DNA of 63,946 nt, filler included, from Rhizaria sp. SCN 62-66 (taxonomy: Eukaryota), in assembly GCA_001724265.1 (NCBI GenBank). It is 4 parts of 4 records of this genome, joined end to end, with 100 filler letters (N's around TTAATTAATTAA, not from the genome) between each part and the next. Parts side by side here need not be neighbours in the genome. Positions count along the whole stretch, not along the records: positions 55,969 to 63,946 come from MEDY01000595.1; 3 more parts are not named here. One strand, written 5' to 3'. The stretch's first letter is position 1. The number at the start of each line of letters is the position of its first letter. Made by a program: the position numbers and the translations under genes. Below are positions 57,278 to 63,946 of the stretch, piece by piece. A model generated the notes under the pieces. That model was not told where the DNA came from, did no database searches, and saw only the letters and a list, made by a program, of their open reading frames with translations.

Positions 57278-60200
57278 TCACTTCTTCTTGTTGACGTTCT
57301 TGACGAAAGTGTGGATGCTCTGGACCTTGCTGACAACGTCAGGCGGAATGATGAGCAGCAGCGACATGGTCTGCTGCGCGCTGTCGAACGCCTTGCCGAA
57401 GATCGGGTGGTAGATGACGATGTGGAACAGAAAGAGGAAGACGACGAAGCAGATGAGCAAGACTTCGCGGAACATGTTGAAATCGCTCGACTGCCCCTCT
57501 GCCGTGGCCGCGTAGTCATCCTGGCTCATCGACATGATCACCGTGAGGATGTGCGAGATGAGCTCATGGAACGCATTCACGGTCACGAACAGCGTGGTCC
57601 ACGCCGCCGAGCCGGTCGCAAGGGGCGTGAAGTTCTCGTTCAGCCGCGCGGGGTCCACTTCGTTGTAAGGCGGCACCGTGGTGAAGGGGTAGGCGGCGGA
57701 GAGCATACCCGCCGAGTCGAATGTGGCGTACTGCTGCACGTAAACCTGCGCCACGATCGTCGGGTCCAGCAAACCGCGCTCGCTGATGCCACCGAGAGTC
57801 AGCGGGCACTGTACGACGAAGTTGTTGCGCACCGTGGGGCCGATGGCCTGCTCGAGGCGTGCGCGCGAGTTCTCGTTCAAGTTCGCGTAGTACGTGCACG
57901 TGTTGCCGTACAGGATCTTTAGCTGCTAGGGCGAGACTTGGCCGCTGAGACCGAGCTCGCGCGAGCCGTAGACGAGGCCGCGCGCGTACGCCAGCGACTC
58001 GAAGTAGTACTTCTGCGCCAGATCCGTGGCGTAGTTGCCCGGGTTCATCTTGACCTCCTCGAATATCGTCTCCGCCGCGGGGCCCACGCTCGTGCCGTTG
58101 CCGCCGATGGACGGCGCGCGCGGGCCCAGGTTCAGCGTGCGCCCGTCGGGGGAGCGCGCCAACACCAGGTTCTCGAATGGCTGCACCAAGTTAGTCTTCT
58201 TGTTGCGGAGGTTGTTGCTGTCATTCTTGCTGCCGGGGGCCACGGTTGCGCGCACGGAGCCGGGCGCGGTGGCGCCGTCGAGGCGCAGCGGCGCCGTGGC
58301 CGACGAGGGCGTGTGCGCCACAGGCACCCTGCCGTTGAGCGACGACGGCGCCAGCGGTAGGGACGCGGCGTCCACGGCCGAGTCGGTCACGGAGCCATCC
58401 TCGTCCTCACGGCGGCGGCGCATGTTGTTGTACGTCATGCGGTCAGCCGCAGCAGCGGTCGCGGCGGTAGTCGGCTTGCTGGTAGCGGCGACGACGGCGA
58501 TGGCCTGCGCCACGGCTTCACGCGCAGCCACCTCCAAGTCCGTCTCAGGCGCCTCCGCGATGGCGGCGATCTTGGCCAGCGACGCACGGCCCGTGGCCGA
58601 CAGCGACGCCTGCTCCTCCTCGGTGAAGATCGCCATGATGCGGCGCGCGCTCTCGCGGGCAGGCACGTACTCAGGCGCGTCGTTGAGAAGGGACGCAGTC
58701 ACGGCCGCGGTCTTGGCCTCCAGAGACAGGTCGCTCGACTCGATGTCCGCGATGGAAGCAGAGGCAGAGAGGTACGCACCGGCAGTGGCGCTGTTGCTCT
58801 TGCTCTTGCTGAGGTTGGCACTGTTGGACGCAGATGCGAGCGCGGCGGCGAGCTCGGCGTCGGACTCAAAGGGCTCGTACAGCGCCTGCGGCTTGGCGTT
58901 GACACTGTTGCCGCCGACGATAGGCTGCAGGTCGGGCAGGCCGGGCATGATGTTGGGCGTGGGAAGCGGCGTCACGCGCGGGTTGATCAGCGACTCAAGG
59001 GTGAAGAAAATCATCTGCTGCGTCGACACCATGCGGTTGGCCGCGCCGATGAGAGAGGTGCTGACAATTTTGTTTTCGCTGAAGAAGCGGTCGGTGAAAA
59101 TCACGGCGACGATGGTGTAGACGAGGCAGTAGAGGACGAGGAAGGCGTACTTGCCGTAGAGCACGCGCATGGCGTGCGTGTGCATCGAGATAAGCGACGC
59201 CATGCGCGACTGCGAGACGACGATAACGTCCTTGCTTATGCTCGACGAGCCGTCGGTGTCACCGCTTTGGCCAAGCATCTTAAGCGGCGCGCCACCGCCC
59301 TCCGAGTCGCCCGACATGGCCGAGATTGACGAGTCGGCGTCGGACACGTCGTCGGCGTAGTCGGCTGACTTTTCCTTGGTCGTGGAGCCCACGTCCTCGT
59401 CCTCCTCTTCGTCGTCGCCCTGGTTGCGCAGTGCCTGCAGGAAGCGGCGCTGAAGCAGCCGCACGACGGGGCGTGGCAGCGCGAGGAGAAGGCGCAGGAC
59501 GTTAGAGGAGCCCTCCTCGACCTCGGAGACGGTGGGACGCAGCACCGCGAAGATGAAGAAGACGAGCACGAGGAGCGCGATGCCGTAGGTCACGATCTCG
59601 ATGGACCATACCGACTGGTAGACGTTGTCGAGCCCGTCTTTGTAGGCGAGCGCACCGCGCGTGAAGGCGTCGAGCACGGCGTAGGGCCCGTTAACGAGGA
59701 TGAAGAAGGTCGATGAGTCTGACATCTGGTTGATGCTCGCGATGGCCGTGATGCCCACGCGCGCGGCCGCGGCAAGGAACACCTGGCCCACTTCCTTGAG
59801 GTTGTACACGCGTTGAATTGTGACACCGCCGACCAGCGAGTAAAGCTGCACGGACGGCACATAGAAGAAGTCTTGTGCCGACGACGAGAGGCGGCTGTCG
59901 TCGTAAAGCACCGTTTCCATGTAGTCTAGCAGAGACGCGTTGTCGACCAGGTCGGCGCGCGCGAAGGCTTCGTAGGTGGTGCCGTAGACACCAAGCCGGA
60001 TGAGTTCGAGGATACGCGTGTTGCTCGTGATGGTGAAGGCAATGGAGCGGCGGTGGCTCGCCAGACGCAGCAGACGGAAGCCCACCTTGTTGTCGGCCAT
60101 CCCGGACGACGTGACGAGGAACATGGCGAGCCAGCAGCCAAATATGATGACGCATACGGCGAATGCGACCCAGGAGATGCGGTTGAGCTTGCGCTTGAGC

Positions 60201-63200
60201 GCCTTGGTCTCGTCGTTGATGAAGGTGGTGATCAGACGGTGGCCGGCCGTGTTGACGCTCGACTCGTTGCCGACCATGGATGACGCGGCCGAGAGCGCGC
60301 CGGACAGCTGCGAGCCGTCGGAGCCGGCGATGGACTCGGCAACGTGCGAGTCGCGGTCGCTCTCGCCCATCGCCATCTTCTCGCCCAGCCCGCGCAGCTC
60401 GCCCGCGCTGGCGTTGCCGTCCGTGCCGCTTGCATTGGCTGACGCAGAGGCGTTGCCGCCGTCCTTGCGCAGCGATGCCAGCGCGTTGCGCACGCGCCGG
60501 TTGGTCGACTTCTTGGCGTAGGCCATCGTCAGCGCGGCCGACGTCTCGAGACGCTGCTGTGCCTTGGTCTTGGCCGCGGTGCCTTCGGGCTTCTTGGCGC
60601 CGGCGCCGGCGGCGGTCGGGGCGGCGACGGCCTTGTTGGCAGACGTGGCGCGCGCGGCACCCTGCGCGGCGAGCTCGTCATCGTTAAGGTTGCCGCGCGA
60701 GGCGGCCAGCTTGCCGCGCGTGCCCTGCGCGCGCAGCAGCGCGAGGTTGCCCTTGGCCGAGCGCTCGTTGTTGTTGCCCACGGGTCGCGAGCCGCGCTCA
60801 TCGTCCGACTCGGAGTCGGTGGCGCGTGTCGCGTCGCTGGCCGTCGGCGAGTCGGACCCGGAGTCGTTGCCACGCGAGCGGCGGCGGTCTTTTGTGTTGG
60901 ACCGGCGGCTCCCGCGGCTGCGGCGGGCGGAGCCGGAGTCGGAGTCGTCCGAGTCGGACGCGGTCGACATGGAGCGCACGGCGTCGGGGTCGGAGTCCGA
61001 GTCGGAGCCGGAGCGCGAGTTGGAGTCGGAGCCGTGGCGGCCACGGCTCGAGCCCCCGCGGCGGCCCCCGCGGCGGCGGCTGCGGCGGTCGTCGTCAGAG
61101 CCCGAGATGTCGGACACGTCGACCGAGTCTGAGCCCGAATGCGAGTCGCTGCTCGAATCCTGGCGACGGCGACTGCCTTTGCCTCCGCCACCGCGACGGC
61201 CCGTGCCGCTGCCGCCGCTGCGGCGGCTCTTCTGCTCGCCGTAGGACAGGTGCGCGACGTCCTCGTTGTCGGAGGCGTCGTCGCCGCCGGCGTACTTGTC
61301 GTCCGCGCCCTCGGAACCCGGCACACCCACGCCGCGGCGGTTGCGTCGGTTGTTGCGCGCGGCACGCTTGCGGTTGGCGGCCGCGGTGGCGGCGGCGGAC
61401 ATGCCCGCGGCGCCGAGCCTGCGCCCGTCGGCCATGACCGAGAACATGTAGTCGGTGTCGTGCTCGAGCGCGCCCTCGCCGGCCAGGTCGGCTTCGGTGA
61501 AGTGAAGCACGTTCTCCTCGCCCGCCAGCGTCTCAGCGTTAACGTTCTTGGACATGCGGATGAACGACACTTCGCGGTTGCGCACTAGCACGCACGTCAT
61601 CCACACCTTGAGCAGGAAGAGTCGGCCCGTGATGTGGTGGCGCGCGGCCACGATCACGCCCGTACGCGACAGCGCCTTGTGGAAGAGCATCTCGCGGCGG
61701 CGCTTGTCCTTGCCCGTGGTGGCGTGCTCGGTGGAGAGGTGCGGAAAGAGCGAGCCGAGGTAGATCTCGCGCGCCGTGAGCATCTCGCGCGTGAAGCCGA
61801 ACCACGTGTAGACGTTCTGCATGACGTAGGTGATGCACGCGCCGTTCTCACGGTCGAACATCATCTGCTCGTCCTGCGTCTGCAGGTTGGACATGACGCC
61901 GATGACCTTGCTGGCGGACGTGTCGGCCCAGCGGATGAAGAGGTTGATGGGGAAGATGAAGCCGTTCTTGTGCAGCGCGAGCACGACACGCGTGGTGTTC
62001 ATAATCGAGGTCTGATTGCGGGAAAGGAACTCGCGAACAATGTCATCGTGCATCGACTGGATGGGCTCGGGGATGATGCACGAGATGTTGCGGCCCAAGA
62101 GCTCCGAATTCATAGTGTAGCCGAACATGCGGCGACAGGCCGCGTTAAGCGAGATGATCGACGCGAAGTGGTCCTTCTCGACGGACATGCCGGCGACCGA
62201 GTTGCGCTCGTCGAAGATGTCCAGCGAGCTCGCCTGCTGGTCAAGGAAACTCATGCCGGCCAGGTCGGCGGAGACCATCGTGGCGCGCGTGTCCTCGAGC
62301 TCGTCGGCGCGGTTCAGCAACTGCGTCGACGTGGCGAGGTCGCCGTGGAAGTCGATCATGAAGCCGCCGTAGGCGCGCAGCACGGGCACGGACACAGCGT
62401 TAATTTGCAGCAGACGCTCGAAGTTGGTCTGCGCCTGCGCGATCGCGGCGCGGCCGAGGTTGCCGAGGCGGATGAGGCGGCCGACGTTGGGCGTCGAGCG
62501 CAGCAGCTCAGTCCAGAAGTCGAACATGCTGCGTGCGGCGAGGCGCGAGGCGTTGTCGGCGACGGACTTGCGCTCCTTGAACTCGATGTATGACTGCACG
62601 TCGGACGAGTGGCCCCAGGAAGTCTCCAGCTCGGCGCGCGTCTGGTAGAGGAACAGCACGAAGTGGACGTCGAAGGCGTGCGGGACGCCCTTGGCCGAGG
62701 CCAGCTCGCGGTACGCCAGCGGCTTATTGTACGTGTAGAAGAGGTAAAACGCGGCGAAAGCGAGGTGGAGCAGCGGGTCGTCGGGGAAGCGCTGGACGCC
62801 GAGCTGGAAGATGGCCTCGACCTCGCGCCAGAGCGACTTGCGGATCGAGTTGGAATGCTCGTCGGTGTGGTCGACCCAGGCTTCGTCGAGCGACGCCTTG
62901 TGCATGCCGTCCATCATGAACATGCGCGCCTTGAGCTCGACCAGGTAGGGCGCGGTGAGGCGCTCATTGGTCCAGTAGAGGATCTGGTCGACGCGGGCGC
63001 GAATGGCGATGGCGGCGACGACGAAGAGGAACGGCACGCAGAAGTAGAGCAAATACACAGCGCCGCGGTCGTTGCCGACAGTGATGTTGGTGATGATGAC
63101 GCAGATGCCAGACCAGGTGACGACGAGGGCCTGGAAAAGCACAAACGTCTGCACGGTGAGGTTATAGTAGGGCATGTAGACGATCTGGTAGTACACCAGG

Positions 63201-63946
63201 GCGCAGCCGACGGCCAGAAGCAGCACGGCGAGCGGCCACTGGCAGCTGTCGAATGCCGAAAAGGCAATGAAGCACACGAGCAGCACAGTGCGGCCGGCGA
63301 CGTTAAGCAGGTCACCGCGGGCGGAGGAGCGCGCGGTGGCCGCGATGCGGTCACCGGCATCCTCGCGCTGGTTCGGGTTGAGCTCGAAGAAGGTCATCGC
63401 GACAATGCAGCACGTGAAGACGAAAAAGGGCGTGATGACGGCGGCGACGGAGCCGTAGATGATGGCCGTCGACTCCCAGCACTTGAGCTCGGGATAGAAG
63501 TAGTGCGTGCCACCGGTGTGGAGACAGCCCAGCACCATGCGGAGCAGCGCGCCGGCGACGGGGAGGAACATGAACGAGATGCCGAGCACGAGCCAAAGGC
63601 GGAAGAGACGCATGGGCCAGACCCAGCGGAGACGCTTCTGCGCGTAGACGGCGACGACGGCGAGCAGGATGATCATGCCGACCCAGCCGCATGCCACGAC
63701 GAAGCCGGCCTGCGACTGGCCCATGAAGTTGGACGCGTAATCAAGCGCGGAGGCGAAGCGGCCCGTCCACGAGTCGTCCCAGTGGAAGGTCGCGCGCTTG
63801 AAGAAACCGAATGAGAGCCATTGCAGCGTCTCGACGAGGATGCAGGAAACGGACAGCCAGGTGGGCACAGAGGTGTCGTGGTGCAGGCCGTACATGAGCC
63901 AGCACACGCCCGACACGGCGGAGTCGTAGGTGCGGAAAAGGAACGT
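57278..63946 (-). CDS. TmcB/TmcC-like (tiny macrocysts) PAS-domain multi-pass membrane protein; 5' partial, one in-frame TAG
   Basis: N-terminal multi-TM region, a TPR-like helical region (FWTELL, LRAYGGF), a PAS domain (NAACRRMFGY..ELLGRNISCIIPEPIQSMHD, HKNGFIFP), further TM blocks and a terminal LLLIIPP. ORF 57926-63916 continues in frame through TAG 57926-57928 into ORF 57278-57880. Ends in TGA. Confidence 0.8.

Overview
This is eukaryotic (protist-like) nuclear DNA, not prokaryotic. Four contigs are joined by three artificial 100-nt spacers (N44-TTAATTAATTAA-N44). Exons are GC-rich, often Ala/Ser low-complexity, and are interrupted by short, AT-richer GT-AG introns, mostly with a GTACG(Y) donor. 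About 16 protein genes are supportable: eIF2B-beta, PEX6, WDR82/Swd2, QCR7, YJU2, an acidic/Ala-rich glycoprotein, a ~2,700-aa low-complexity protein, a ~2,740-aa repeat/TSP1/EGF surface protein, a B-box/coiled-coil protein with a divergent cyclophilin-like domain, ERO1, dihydropyrimidinase, an ARM-like protein, a standalone paralog of the cyclophilin-like domain, HINT, a docking-domain Ala-rich protein and a TmcB-like PAS membrane protein. The main discovery is a probable variant nuclear genetic code. At least 9-10 in-frame TAG codons interrupt five otherwise continuous genes spread over all four contigs, and all 15 gene ends I can see use TAA or TGA, never TAG. This indicates that UAG is a sense codon (most likely Gln) while UAA and UGA remain stops. 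The supplied ORF track is therefore fragmented at TAG.
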